The notes: generated by a model from the sequence alone, not told the origin. 64,000 bases of DNA from Candidatus Magasanikiibacteriota bacterium (GCA_018650085.1 JABIGQ010000038.1:4388-68387); one strand, 5' to 3'. Counted from the stretch's first letter, positions 27,375 through 37,638 are shown. Program-made: numbers and translations.

Positions 27375-28397
27375 TTGTTTTCTATGGGGCACACTATTGC
27401 TGAGTATATTTGGGTGGATGGAGGGCAACCAACAAAAAAGTTGCGTTCAAAGACAAAAGTTTTACGTCATGATGTTAATAATTTAGAAGATATCCCAGAT
27501 TGGTCTTTTGATGGATCAAGTACATATCAAGCGACAGGGAAGGATAGTGATTGTGTATTGCGTCCTGTGTATCATATCCAAGATCCTATCAGGGGAAAAG
27601 CACATATTTTAGTATTGTGTGAAGTGTTACTTGCAGACGGTTCCCCACATATATCAAATACAAGGGCAGAATTACGGACTGTGGCTGCACGTTATGAATC
27701 ACAAGGGTCATTATTTGGTATTGAACAAGAATATACATTATTAAAAGGGAATCGCCCCCTAGGTTGGCCAGACAATGGTTTCCCTGCACCACAGGGAGGG
27801 TATTATTGTGGTATTGGAGCAGATGAAGTATTTGGACGCCCAATTGTAGAAGAACATATGCAAGCATGCTTATTTGCAGGTATTTCTTTTGAGGGTATTA
27901 ATTCAGAAGTTATGCCTTCGCAATGGGAATTTCAAGTTGGGACACTTGATCCATTGTCTGTTTCAGATCAATTATGGATGAGTCGTTGGTTGCTTTATCG
28001 TATTGCAGAAAAATATGGTGTATATGCAACACTTTATCCAAAACCAGTGAAAGGAGATTGGAATGGAGCCGGAGCGCATACGAATTTTAGTACAAAATTA
28101 ATGCGAGAAGAAGGTGGGCTTAACTACATTCAGTTTGCGATTGAAAAATTAGAAAAAAAACATACCGAAATGATAAAAGTATATGGCGCACATAATGAAG
28201 AACGATTGACTGGTTTACATGAGACTTGCCATATTGGAGAATTTCGTTATGGTGTAAGTGATAGAGGTGCCTCTATTCGTGTACCAGCACACGTAGCTGC
28301 AGAGGGAAAGGGATATCTGGAAGATAGGCGGCCTGCTGCAAATATGGATCCGTATGAGGTTTGTACTGCGATTGTTAAGACGGTTTGTGGGGAGTAG
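27375..28397 (+). CDS. glnA: Glutamine synthetase, type II (GSII, eukaryote-like short form).
   Basis: 'AEYIWVDG', 'DGSSTYQA', 'MPSQWEFQVG', 'GAGAHTNFS', 'DRGASIRVP'. ~340 aa is GSII length. The stop codon lies inside direct repeat A. Confidence 0.85.
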   Translation: MFSMGHTIAEYIWVDGGQPTKKLRSKTKVLRHDVNNLEDIPDWSFDGSSTYQATGKDSDCVLRPVYHIQDPIRGKAHILVLCEVLLADGSPHISNTRAELRTVAARYESQGSLFGIEQEYTLLKGNRPLGWPDNGFPAPQGGYYCGIGADEVFGRPIVEEHMQACLFAGISFEGINSEVMPSQWEFQVGTLDPLSVSDQLWMSRWLLYRIAEKYGVYATLYPKPVKGDWNGAGAHTNFSTKLMREEGGLNYIQFAIEKLEKKHTEMIKVYGAHNEERLTGLHETCHIGEFRYGVSDRGASIRVPAHVAAEGKGYLEDRRPAANMDPYEVCTAIVKTVCGE

Positions 28398-28448
28398 GTG
28401 GTGAATATTATTTCCTTCCGTAGGAATCTGTCCTTACATAAATTGGTG
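28384..28448 (+). repeat. Direct repeat A: GTTTG..GGAGTAGGTGGT...TCCGTAGG..CTGTCCTTACATAAATTG.
   Basis: ~65% identical to repeat B at 29766-29825. Overlaps the last codons and stop of glnA. Confidence 0.5.
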
Positions 28449-28484
28449 TATTTAACCTAAAAATAATTTCGAAAAAAGCGGATA

Positions 28485-29675
28485 ATGACTTTTATGAATT
28501 ATAAAAAAGGACTTGAAAGAAATCTGTGGTTATATGCATTGATACGTATTTTTCGTAAAAGAGCATATATTGCGGTGATTATTATTTATGCTGTTACATA
28601 TGCAAATATAACAGTTGAACAATTTGGAGTCATCGCCGCCATTTCTGCTTTTTTTGTGATGGTTTTAGAAATCCCAAGTGGATATATTTCTGATAAGATT
28701 GGTCATAAAAAGGCTATTACTCTGGGGTCTTTTTTTATGATGATTGCACCACTTGGATTTGTAATTGCACCAAATTTTTATGGAGTGCTATTTGCATCTC
28801 TCGCATATTTCGGTGGTGAAGCATTTCATTCTGGTACGATGCAGGCATTTTTACATGAAACTCTTATTGAGCTTGGGAGAGATGGTGAATTTGGTAAAAT
28901 GACAGCGCGTGCACAGAGGTGGGGAATATTTGGAAATATTTTTCTTGTAGGACTTGTTACGTTAACATATTCCATTGATCCACGACTCCCTTTTCTTATT
29001 GGATTTTTGTTGCAATCCATGATATTGATTATTTCTTTATTGTTTGTAACACCTCGTAAAGAACATCAAAAAATAACTGAAAGAATTCATGATGGTTTTT
29101 TTGCTCTTTTAAAGACTGTGCGGCACAGAAACGAGATTTTTTTATTTTTCTTTTTAGGTTTTATAGCAGCAGTTCACAATAAAATACCAGAGTATAAAGA
29201 ATTATATTTTCAAGATATTGGTGTACCCATGTGGTTTTTTGGGTTAGTGTATTCTCTTATGGGTGTTGTTGGTATTATTTTTACATATCAAATACATAAA
29301 TTTGAAAAATATAAAGCCAAGACATTTTATATGGTTGATTTTTTGATTGCATGTAGTGCGAGTATTATGGTAGGTATAGTATCAAATGTGTTTGTAGGCG
29401 TTGGTATATTTGTATTGTTAGGAGGTTATTATAGAATTCGTAGAATTTTGACTGATGTATATTTACTTAAAACCTGCCCCACTTCGAATTTGAAAGCAAC
29501 ATATTTATCAGTGTATGCATTTTTTGCTTCTTTAAATGCCATATGGGTGCCATTGGTTTTGGGGTATTTCATAGGACGTTTTGGTGTACAACAAGGGTAT
29601 CTGGCATTTGGATTTGGAGCTTTGATTATTTCAATAATCTCATATCTTTTGATTTTTAGAAAAATAAATAAATAA
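28485..29675 (+). CDS. Major facilitator superfamily transporter.
   Basis: 12-TM profile. 'EIPSGYISDKIGHKKAITLG' is an MFS loop 2-3 type motif. Confidence 0.7.
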   Translation: MTFMNYKKGLERNLWLYALIRIFRKRAYIAVIIIYAVTYANITVEQFGVIAAISAFFVMVLEIPSGYISDKIGHKKAITLGSFFMMIAPLGFVIAPNFYGVLFASLAYFGGEAFHSGTMQAFLHETLIELGRDGEFGKMTARAQRWGIFGNIFLVGLVTLTYSIDPRLPFLIGFLLQSMILIISLLFVTPRKEHQKITERIHDGFFALLKTVRHRNEIFLFFFLGFIAAVHNKIPEYKELYFQDIGVPMWFFGLVYSLMGVVGIIFTYQIHKFEKYKAKTFYMVDFLIACSASIMVGIVSNVFVGVGIFVLLGGYYRIRRILTDVYLLKTCPTSNLKATYLSVYAFFASLNAIWVPLVLGYFIGRFGVQQGYLAFGFGALIISIISYLLIFRKINK

Positions 29676-29692
29676 TTTATAATATAATTACT

Positions 29693-29764
29693 ATGAAAAA
29701 AGATATTAAAAAACATTTTTCAAAAACAGTAGGAGATTATGATACGGTTGTTGATAAAGACTGA
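29693..29764 (+). pseudogene. 23-codon remnant resembling the N-terminus of a class I SAM-dependent methyltransferase.
   Basis: MKKDIKKHFSKTVGDYDTVVDKD* resembles methyltransferase N-termini of the '...HFD.IA..YD' type. It stops immediately before direct repeat B. Confidence 0.3.
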
Positions 29765-29765
29765 C

Positions 29766-29825
29766 TGTTTGGAGTAGGTGGTCTTCCGTAGGGACAGGTC
29801 GCGACCTGTCCCTACATAAATTGTA
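29766..29825 (+). repeat. Direct repeat B, containing a perfect 28-bp palindrome GTAGGGACAGGTCGCGACCTGTCCCTAC at 29788-29815.
   Basis: Shares GGAGTAGGTGGT...TTCCGTAGG...CTGTCCCTACATAAATTG with repeat A. Repeat A carries only half of the palindrome. Confidence 0.5.
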
Positions 29826-29858
29826 AATAACTTCTCATTTAGTATATACATAAAACAT

Positions 29859-30212
29859 ATGAGTAAAAATAAAACAATAATTAACGATATTGTTAAAGTG
29901 CAAGAAAAGATAGTTGGCGCCTATATAGAAAATACAGAAGGTACTACTGAAATATTGAAAACAATGTCTGATACTATGGATAAAATAGTTGATAAATTAA
30001 TATTTTTATTTAGGTTATTACAAACTATAGTTTTTATTGTTACTTTAATTGTTTGGAAAGTTTTTTTATCAGAACCGTTTAATGGATTTTTATCTGGATT
30101 TATTGAATGGTGGCCAAGTTTATCAGAAGCGTGGAAAATATTTATTATAAGTATACCCACTTTAATATTAATTCAAATTATAGGAAGTTTAATAGTGAAA
30201 AAAATTAGATAA
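29859..30212 (+). CDS. Small membrane protein, hypothetical.
   Basis: ORF with two hydrophobic helices in the C-terminal half. Confidence 0.4.
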   Translation: MSKNKTIINDIVKVQEKIVGAYIENTEGTTEILKTMSDTMDKIVDKLIFLFRLLQTIVFIVTLIVWKVFLSEPFNGFLSGFIEWWPSLSEAWKIFIISIPTLILIQIIGSLIVKKIR

Positions 30213-30229
30213 CTCATAACACCATTACT

Positions 30230-30664
30230 ATGAAAAAAGAAAGATTAAAAATAATTCCAGGCATATATCTTGTTTTATTTAAAGAGAATGACGTTCTTTT
30301 ACTTCGACGATATAATACAGGATATGAAGATGGTAATTATAGTTTAGTTGGAGGTCATTTAGATGATAATGAATCTTATGAAAATGCAATTATCCGAGAA
30401 GCAAAAGAAGAAGCAGGAATTGATTTGGAATCTAAAGATATAAAGGCACTTCATGTTTTGCATAGAAATCAGGATGGGAATAGAATAGATATTTTCTTTA
30501 CAGCGAGTAAATGGGTAGGGGAGCCAAAAACTATGGAGCCTGAAAAATGTGACGATGTAAGTTGGTTTCCTATAGATAATTTACCTACAAATATAATTCC
30601 ATTTATTAAGCAAGCACTGGAAAAAAGTAAAGAAAAAACATTGTATAGTGATTTTGGGTTTTAA
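30230..30664 (+). CDS. NUDIX hydrolase.
   Basis: Nudix box 'GGHLDDNESYENAIIREAKEEAGI' (GX5EX7REUXEEXGU). Confidence 0.75.
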   Translation: MKKERLKIIPGIYLVLFKENDVLLLRRYNTGYEDGNYSLVGGHLDDNESYENAIIREAKEEAGIDLESKDIKALHVLHRNQDGNRIDIFFTASKWVGEPKTMEPEKCDDVSWFPIDNLPTNIIPFIKQALEKSKEKTLYSDFGF

Positions 30665-30758
30665 TGTGAATAAAAGTTTGTTTAAAAATTAGTTATTTGA
30701 TATATTACTAGGGCTGATCTTTAGAAATATTTAAGTAGAATACTCAACTTTTTTATAT

Positions 30759-31373
30759 ATGAAAATTACTACATTAATCTTTGATCTTGGACATGTTGTT
30801 TTAACAAATGATTGGCATGATGATTGTCCTGAAAAATTTCAAGCATATTCAGATTACTTTGGCATAACTTATGATGATATGGAAAGAGGCTGGGATGCTT
30901 TTTGGCCTCAATTTTCTACAGGAAAAGTTACTGAAGATGAATTTTGGAATGGATTTTTAAAAATTGCTGGTGCTAAAAAGATTGATATTAAACAGGCCAA
31001 AAAGCTTTGGAAAGAGTACCAAAAACCTATTGAGGATATGCTTGGTTTGTTGCAAAAGTTGAAAAAACATAATAGGCTTGCGGCTTTAACAACTCTCAGC
31101 AGAGAATGGCTTGATTACAAGAGGAAAAAATATGATCTTGACTCATATTTTGAAGTTATTGTTAGTTCTGGTTATTCAGGGTTAGTCAAACCTGATCCGA
31201 AGATTTATAAAATGGTTGTTAAACAATTAAATGTAAAACCGGGAGAGTGTTTGTTTATTGATGATGCTCAAAGAACCCTGCCGCCAGCCGGAGAATTAGG
31301 TATGAAAACTATTTTGTTTTCAGGACAATCTGAGTTAGAAAGAAATCTTCAAGAATTGGGCATAAAATATTGA
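30759..31373 (+). CDS. HAD-superfamily hydrolase.
   Basis: Motif I variant 'LIFDLGHVV'. Motif III Lys 'SSGYSGLVKPDPKIY'. Motif IV 'LFIDDA'. Confidence 0.6.
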   Translation: MKITTLIFDLGHVVLTNDWHDDCPEKFQAYSDYFGITYDDMERGWDAFWPQFSTGKVTEDEFWNGFLKIAGAKKIDIKQAKKLWKEYQKPIEDMLGLLQKLKKHNRLAALTTLSREWLDYKRKKYDLDSYFEVIVSSGYSGLVKPDPKIYKMVVKQLNVKPGECLFIDDAQRTLPPAGELGMKTILFSGQSELERNLQELGIKY

Positions 31374-31447
31374 GGTTAGTCTTGCGTTATACGCAAGTGG
31401 GCGTTGCATTTTGCTCTAGACAAACTTTAGATAGACTGAAACATTAA

Positions 31448-32125
31448 ATGAAATCTTATAAAAGGAATCTAAACTATAATTCTATGGTCAAACTAATTAT
31501 TTTCGATTACGATGGAGTAATAGTAGACAGCTTCCCTAATGTGCATTCTGTCTATCAGATCATTTGTGAAAAATTAGGAAAATCATGTCCTGATAATCTT
31601 GAAGATTTTAAAAAAGTTTATGGTCATTCTTCTTTGGAATGTTATGCTAATCTTAGTTTTACAGAAGAAGAAAGGGTTAAGGGGAACATGATGTTTAAAG
31701 AAGAAATATTAAAGAAAGACGCAAAACCTTTTGACGGAATAATAGAAGTTTTAAAAGAACTTCATAAAAGTTACAAACTTGTAGTGATTTCTTCTAGTTA
31801 CAAAGAAGAAGTCGAACAAAAATTGGAAAAATTTGGGATTTTGAATCTTTTTGATTTTATCCTGGCAAAAGAAAATCATATAGGAAGATTTGAAAAAACA
31901 GGATCAATAAAAAAAGTAATGGAAAATTTAGCAATAAAATCAAATGAGGTTTTACTTATAGGAGATAGAAATGTTGATTTTATTGAAGGAGAAAAAGCTG
32001 GTTTAAACAATATTCTTCTTGTAGAGTATGGTTGGGGTTATGATTTGAAAGAAATTCCCGAATATACACAAAAGGTGTTGATTAAAAATCCAATTGATCT
32101 TTTGGATTTTGTTAGTCTTAATTAA
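31448..32125 (+). CDS. HAD-superfamily hydrolase, subfamily IA-like.
   Basis: Motif I 'LIIFDYDGVIVDS'. Motif II 'VISSS'. Motif IV 'LLIGDRNVDFIEG'. The real start may be the Met of 'MVKLIIFDYDG' at 31481. Confidence 0.7.
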   Translation: MKSYKRNLNYNSMVKLIIFDYDGVIVDSFPNVHSVYQIICEKLGKSCPDNLEDFKKVYGHSSLECYANLSFTEEERVKGNMMFKEEILKKDAKPFDGIIEVLKELHKSYKLVVISSSYKEEVEQKLEKFGILNLFDFILAKENHIGRFEKTGSIKKVMENLAIKSNEVLLIGDRNVDFIEGEKAGLNNILLVEYGWGYDLKEIPEYTQKVLIKNPIDLLDFVSLN

Positions 32126-32145
32126 GGAATATTTTTTTAAATTCT

Positions 32146-32571
32146 ATGAATACACATATAGCTCAAGTTGAAATAATTGTATATAAAATCGTTAATGCTG
32201 AGCCACAATTTTTGCTATTAAAGCGTGTTCCAGAAAGAGGAAGTTTTTGGCAACCGGTTACTGGGGGTGTTCATAAAAATGAAGATTTGCTTAGTGCAGC
32301 TAAAAGAGAATTGTTTGAAGAAACACAAATAAAGGATTATATTAATTTTTTAAATGATGTGCATTATTTTGAGTTTCATGATGATGAACAAGGTATGCTA
32401 AAAGAATACGTTTATGGGGTTGAAGTGAATGAAAAAATTGACGTTAAACTTTCTCTGGAACATTCTGAAAAAAAGTGGTGCACAATAAATGAAGCTTTAG
32501 AGCTATTAAAGTTTGATACTAATAAAGACGCATTCAAAAAACTTTATAAATTATTAACAATAAAAGATTGA
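32146..32571 (+). CDS. NUDIX hydrolase.
   Basis: Nudix box 'GGVHKNEDLLSAAKRELFEETQI'. Confidence 0.7.
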   Translation: MNTHIAQVEIIVYKIVNAEPQFLLLKRVPERGSFWQPVTGGVHKNEDLLSAAKRELFEETQIKDYINFLNDVHYFEFHDDEQGMLKEYVYGVEVNEKIDVKLSLEHSEKKWCTINEALELLKFDTNKDAFKKLYKLLTIKD

Positions 32572-32613
32572 TAATGTACAAAAAACGATATATGAAGTCG
32601 TGTAATACAAAAC

Positions 32614-33987
32614 ATGAAAGTAAAAAATAATTTAACAGAAGGATCAATTCTAAGTTCATTACTAGCATTATCTGTCCCAATCATATTTGCTAATCTTTTA
32701 CAAACCGCTTATCAATTGACGGATACTTTTTGGGTTGGAAGATTAGGAACAGTTGCTGTAGCCGCTGTTTCAATTAGTTTTCCAATTATTTTCTTTATCA
32801 TTTCTCTTGGTGGTGGACTGGCAATGGCAGGGACTATTCTTGTTGCCCAATACAAAGGAAGAGAAAATAAAAAAGCAGTAGATCATGTCACATCTCAAAC
32901 AATGGTATTAGTTGTGTTTATCTCAATCATTCTTGCTACGTTGGGTTATGTCTTATCCCCATTTCTCATTAGCTTGATGGGAGCTGAACCCAGTGTTTTT
33001 TCAAGTGCTGTTTCATATATAAAAATATCTTTTATTGGGATGATTTTCATGTTTACGTACATGGCTTTTCAATCTTTAATGAGAGGAGTAGGGGATGTGA
33101 AGACTCCAATGTATATTGTTTTTGGGACGGTTTTATTAAATCTGATTTTAGATCCTTTGTTTATTTTTGGGTATGGTGTTATCCCAGCATTTGGTGTTTC
33201 TGGGGCGGCGGTCGCTACTATTGGAACACAAGGATTAGCCTCAATAATTGGGATAGTATTACTCATAAGAGGAAAGTATCAGATTCAATTGCACTTGAAT
33301 GATTTAAAACCTGATTGGGTATTGATAAAAAAAATGTGTACCATTGGGTTTCCAGCATCAATTGATCAATCGACGAGGGCTCTTGGAATGGTAGTTATGA
33401 CATTTTTGGTTACTACTTTTGGAACAATGACTCTTGCCGCTTATGGTATTGGAAGCAGAATACTAAGTTTTGTTATCATCCCGGCATTAGGATTATCAAT
33501 TGCTACCTCTACTATAACAGGACAAAATATAGGGGCAGGGAAGATAGATAGAGCAGAAAAGATAACAAAATTAAGTGCATTTGTTGGTTTTATTATTTTG
33601 ACAATCGTAGGTATTATAATGTTTTTATTTGCAAGTCAAATTTCTGCAATATTTATTCCTGGAGAAATAGAAACAATTCAATCAAGTGCGTTATTTATAA
33701 AGATCATGGCGTTAACTTTTGGTTTTATTGGAATTCAAATGTCTTTGAACGGATTGTTTAGAGGATCTGGAAATACGATGATCCCTATGATATTAACCAT
33801 AGTCTCATTATGGGTTTTACGATTTCCTTTAGCATATATATTATCAAAGCATACGGCACTTGCAGAAATTGGTTTGTGGGTATCTTTTCCAATAGCAAAT
33901 GTTATTGCAGCGGTGATAACGATAATTTGGTTTATGAAAGGGACATGGAAACACAAACAAATAACAGAAGAAACAGTTATTATATAA
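32614..33987 (+). CDS. MATE-family efflux transporter.
   Basis: 12-TM, 457 aa. N-terminal 'PIIFANLLQTAYQLTDTFWVGRLG' is typical of the NorM/MATE first repeat. Confidence 0.8.
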   Translation: MKVKNNLTEGSILSSLLALSVPIIFANLLQTAYQLTDTFWVGRLGTVAVAAVSISFPIIFFIISLGGGLAMAGTILVAQYKGRENKKAVDHVTSQTMVLVVFISIILATLGYVLSPFLISLMGAEPSVFSSAVSYIKISFIGMIFMFTYMAFQSLMRGVGDVKTPMYIVFGTVLLNLILDPLFIFGYGVIPAFGVSGAAVATIGTQGLASIIGIVLLIRGKYQIQLHLNDLKPDWVLIKKMCTIGFPASIDQSTRALGMVVMTFLVTTFGTMTLAAYGIGSRILSFVIIPALGLSIATSTITGQNIGAGKIDRAEKITKLSAFVGFIILTIVGIIMFLFASQISAIFIPGEIETIQSSALFIKIMALTFGFIGIQMSLNGLFRGSGNTMIPMILTIVSLWVLRFPLAYILSKHTALAEIGLWVSFPIANVIAAVITIIWFMKGTWKHKQITEETVII

Positions 33988-34048
33988 CTTTTTATATGCG
34001 CTACCTTTTGTGGAGGGTATGAAAAAGTATTTTAATGAATTTTAGTAT

Positions 34049-34417
34049 ATGAAGAAGAAAACACATCAAATTTTACCTAATTGGGAATTTTCAATTGAAA
34101 CTATAGAATCAGTAACTAAAAGGTATAATGGATTTGGGTATAAATTATTTCAAAAATTAAAACAATATCACCCAAATATTTATTCTAAAGTAGTATTTTA
34201 CAGATCTAAAACATATCAATCAGAAGATGTTTATGCAGTATGTGAAGGGATCCCCAATGAATTTATGATACAATTAGATCCAGATTGTGAAGTGATAGTA
34301 TTGAGTAATGGGAAAAATACTGTTGAAATTGGTAGTTGGTCAGATGATGAATATATAGAGGCAATAGAATGTATAATACGGCTCTATAGTTCCTCTATGG
34401 CTGTGAAGCCAGCGTAG
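34049..34417 (+). CDS. Hypothetical protein, 122 aa.
   Basis: ORF only. Confidence 0.35.
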   Translation: MKKKTHQILPNWEFSIETIESVTKRYNGFGYKLFQKLKQYHPNIYSKVVFYRSKTYQSEDVYAVCEGIPNEFMIQLDPDCEVIVLSNGKNTVEIGSWSDDEYIEAIECIIRLYSSSMAVKPA

Positions 34418-34512
34418 GCTAGGTGAAATCTCTCCATCCAGTATATAATAAAAAAAGATATTTCTGTGTGATATTAATATCCTATTACCAATAATTATAT
34501 TAAGTAATTTTT

Positions 34513-34553
34513 AATAAAAAAAATGGGCGCTGATTACTTTAGTAATCAGCGCC
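34513..34553 (-). terminator. Rho-independent terminator for clpB on the - strand, ~200 nt after its stop.
   Basis: Perfect hairpin GGCGCTGATTACT-TTAG-AGTAATCAGCGCC followed on the - strand by T8. Confidence 0.5.
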
Positions 34554-34756
34554 TGAGCACCTCCATAAGCGTGAGCCTTTTTTGGGGGGATTCCCCCAAA
34601 GGTGGTTCCCGTTTACATCAAAGGGCGGATGTTTATCTTATATCAAAATATCAAGAGTAATTGTGAGGAAACTGTGCATAAATCATTATTTTAGCTATTC
34701 TAAAATATATATAACAAAAAAAACAAGGGTTTTTATACCTTGTCCTTTTTTATATA

Positions 34757-37402
34757 TTATCGTTTCTTAATCACAATCACATCACCACTAACCACAATCT
34801 TCACAACATCCCCCTCACCAATAGTATTATCAATAATCTGCAAAGCAAGAGGATTTAAAAGTTCAGTCTGAAGGAGCCGTTTTAGTGGACGGGCACCAAA
34901 TAGGGGATCGTAGCCTTTTTTCGCTAACCAATCTTTTGCTTTCATACTTATCTCAAGTGTGATTTTTTGTTCCGCAAGTCGTTTCTCAATATGTACTAAT
35001 TGTAAATCCACAATAGCACGAATCTGCTTTTCCTCCAGAGGATGAAACATGATAATGTCATCTATACGGTTTAAAAATTCTGGCTTGAAGTGTTCTTGGA
35101 GAGTATCCATTACTTTTTTCTTAATCACAGTTTCATTTTCTTTCATTCCTTCTTTTCTCTCTGTACCAAACCCAAATTCACCTTTTTTACTCATATTCAT
35201 AATCATGCTAGAGCCCACATTGCTGGTCATGATGATCACAGTATTTTTAAAGTTTACTTTTCTTCCCTTTGCATCGGTGAGTTGTCCATCGTCTAAAATC
35301 TGTAACATAACATTAAACACATCTGGATGTGCTTTTTCTATTTCATCAAACAATACTACAGAATACGGACGGCGACGGATTTTTTCTGTTAGCTGTCCAC
35401 CTTCTTCATAACCAACGTATCCGGGAGCAGAACCTATCATCTTACTTACGGCGTGCTTTTCCATGTATTCACTCATGTCTACACGCACTATCGCTTCCTC
35501 ATCATTAAATAATATTTCTGCCAAAGCTTTTGCTAATTCTGTTTTCCCAACTCCAGTTGGCCCCATGAAAATAAAAGAACCAATAGGGCGTTTTTCTTCA
35601 GAAATTCCAGCTCGTGATCTTCGGATTGCATGAGAGACAGACTCCACTGCTTCTTCTTGGCCTATGACTCGTTTTCCCAATTCACTTTCCATATTTGCCA
35701 GCTTTTCTGTTTCTGTGCGGAGCATTTTTGACACGGGCACTCCTGTCCAGCGGGCAACTACCCCTGCTATATCTTCATCTGTGACTTCCTCTTTTAGAAT
35801 GCCACGTCCTTTCTGGATGCTCACTAATTTTTTTTCTAATACTCCTATTTCCTCTTCTTTTTTTGGAATTCTATCATAGCGAATTTCTGCTACCTTCTGT
35901 AGATCTCCACGTCTTTCTGTAATATCTGCTTCTTGTTTCAATTCTTCCATTTCTTTTTTTACCCCGCGAATGCTCGTAATAATTTCTTTTTCATTTTTCC
36001 AATGCATTTCTAGTTCATTACTTTCTTCACGGATATTTTCTAATTCTTTTTTAATATTTTTCAATCGTTCTTTCGAATCAGTATCTTTTTCTTTTTTTAA
36101 TGCTTCCACTTCAATCTCATACTTCATCATTTGCCGTTTCATTTTATCTAGCTCATCTGGCATAGAATCTATTTCCATACGAAGTGCAGAAGTAGCTTCA
36201 TCTATTAGGTCTATTGCTTTATCTGGTAAAAAGCGATCAGTAATATAGCGGCTAGAAAGTTCTACCGCTGCTATAATTGCAGGATCAGTAATACGGACTC
36301 CGTGATGCACTTCATATTTTTCTTTTATACCACGAAGAATAGCAATGGCATCATCCTTGTCTGGCTCTAGCACCATGATAGGTTGGAATCGTCGCTCAAA
36401 GGCAGCATCTTTTTCTATATATTTCTGATATTCTTTCAATGTCGTTGCCCCTATAGTGTGAAGTTTTCCACGTGCAAGCGCGGGCTTTAGCATATTACTT
36501 GCGTCTACCGCACCTTCCGTTGCCCCAGCACCCATAATGGTATGAAGCTCATCTATAAATAAAATAATCTTTCCGTCAGATTTTTCCACTTCTTTTATTG
36601 TTGCTTTAAATCTTTCTTCAAATTCTCCACGAAACTTTGTCCCTGCAACTAGTGCTCCTATATCTAGCCCTATGATTTCTTTCCCAACAAGAGATTCTGG
36701 AACATCTCCATTTACTATCCGTTGCGCCAATCCTTCTGCAATAGCAGTTTTCCCAACCCCGGGTTCTCCTATTAATACTGGATTATTTTTTGTCCTTCTG
36801 GTAATTACCTGCATTACACGGCGGATTTCATCGTCTCTTCCTATGACAGGATCTAGTTTTTCTTTGCGAGCAAGTTCTGTAAAATTTAATCCATATTTTT
36901 CTAGTGCCTGGTATGTGCTCTCTGGACTAGGGGAGTCTACCTTTTGGCTTCCACGCACTTCTGCTAATACCTTTAATACAGATTCATGCGTGACTTTTTC
37001 TGTAGCTAATATATCGCTAATTGGGTTTTTGTTTTTTAAATAAGATAACAAGATATGCTCTACACTAATATATTCATCTCCCATTGCCTTTGACTCATCG
37101 TGTGCTTGTTTTAATAAAAACATCATCGCTTGCCCCATCATAATTTGACCCATCCCAGTACTTGGCATATTCCCAAATTGTTTTGGAAGCATCTGGATCA
37201 TTTGCATGATAGTTTGTTTTATCTGGTCAATATTGACATCGAGTTTTTGTAATATAGAAATAACAACCCCATCAGTTTGCTCTAGTAATGATAAGAAAAG
37301 ATGTGGTGGTTCTATCTGAGGCTGCCCATGCTCATTTGCAAGCGCACTTGCTTGCTGGAGGGCTTCTTGTGATTTGTGGGTAAATTGTTGAGGGTTAAAC
37401 AT
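34757..37402 (-). CDS. clpB: ATP-dependent chaperone ClpB (Hsp100 class 1).
   Basis: Two AAA+ modules: '[18 protein letters not shown]...[11 protein letters not shown]' and '[19 protein letters not shown]...[14 protein letters not shown]'. Long coiled-coil M-domain between them. 881 aa. Confidence 0.9.
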   Translation of the reverse strand: MFNPQQFTHKSQEALQQASALANEHGQPQIEPPHLFLSLLEQTDGVVISILQKLDVNIDQIKQTIMQMIQMLPKQFGNMPSTGMGQIMMGQAMMFLLKQAHDESKAMGDEYISVEHILLSYLKNKNPISDILATEKVTHESVLKVLAEVRGSQKVDSPSPESTYQALEKYGLNFTELARKEKLDPVIGRDDEIRRVMQVITRRTKNNPVLIGEPGVGKTAIAEGLAQRIVNGDVPESLVGKEIIGLDIGALVAGTKFRGEFEERFKATIKEVEKSDGKIILFIDELHTIMGAGATEGAVDASNMLKPALARGKLHTIGATTLKEYQKYIEKDAAFERRFQPIMVLEPDKDDAIAILRGIKEKYEVHHGVRITDPAIIAAVELSSRYITDRFLPDKAIDLIDEATSALRMEIDSMPDELDKMKRQMMKYEIEVEALKKEKDTDSKERLKNIKKELENIREESNELEMHWKNEKEIITSIRGVKKEMEELKQEADITERRGDLQKVAEIRYDRIPKKEEEIGVLEKKLVSIQKGRGILKEEVTDEDIAGVVARWTGVPVSKMLRTETEKLANMESELGKRVIGQEEAVESVSHAIRRSRAGISEEKRPIGSFIFMGPTGVGKTELAKALAEILFNDEEAIVRVDMSEYMEKHAVSKMIGSAPGYVGYEEGGQLTEKIRRRPYSVVLFDEIEKAHPDVFNVMLQILDDGQLTDAKGRKVNFKNTVIIMTSNVGSSMIMNMSKKGEFGFGTERKEGMKENETVIKKKVMDTLQEHFKPEFLNRIDDIIMFHPLEEKQIRAIVDLQLVHIEKRLAEQKITLEISMKAKDWLAKKGYDPLFGARPLKRLLQTELLNPLALQIIDNTIGEGDVVKIVVSGDVIVIKKR

Positions 37403-37424
37403 ATAATTCTTGTAATTTATAAAT

Positions 37425-37523
37425 TGACGTCATTGCGAGCTGCCGTTAGGACAGCGCGGCAATCCCAGGCTTTATTGTGCTAAACTCTGGGATTGCTTCG
37501 TCGTACCTCCTCGCAATGACGTA
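37425..37523. promoter_or_regulatory. Nested inverted repeats in the clpB upstream region.
   Basis: Outer stem TGACGTCATTGCGAG (37425-37439) with CTCGCAATGACGT (37510-37522). Inner stem GCAATCCCAG (37459-37468) with CTGGGATTGC (37487-37496). Confidence 0.4.
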
Positions 37524-37541
37524 TTTAATTGTAGATTTAAT

Positions 37542-37568
37542 TTATCACTCACATACTTAGAGTGATAA
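37542..37568. promoter_or_regulatory. CIRCE-like palindrome TTATCACTC-N9-GAGTGATAA.
   Basis: Matches the HrcA operator consensus TTAGCACTC-N9-GAGTGCTAA except for one compensated position per arm. Lies in the divergent spacer between clpB (-) and the tagA-like gene (+). Confidence 0.4.
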
Positions 37569-37638
37569 TCATACTATACCATATTGAAAAGAACTGTCAA
37601 CTATGCTAAAGTTACACCATGTTTAGCTAAAATTATCT

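Noticed and set aside
34582-34770. 62-aa + strand ORF in the clpB 3' region.
   Set aside because: It overlaps the clpB terminator hairpin and stop region, and has no RBS. More likely untranslated 3'-UTR sequence. The palindromes there are noted separately.
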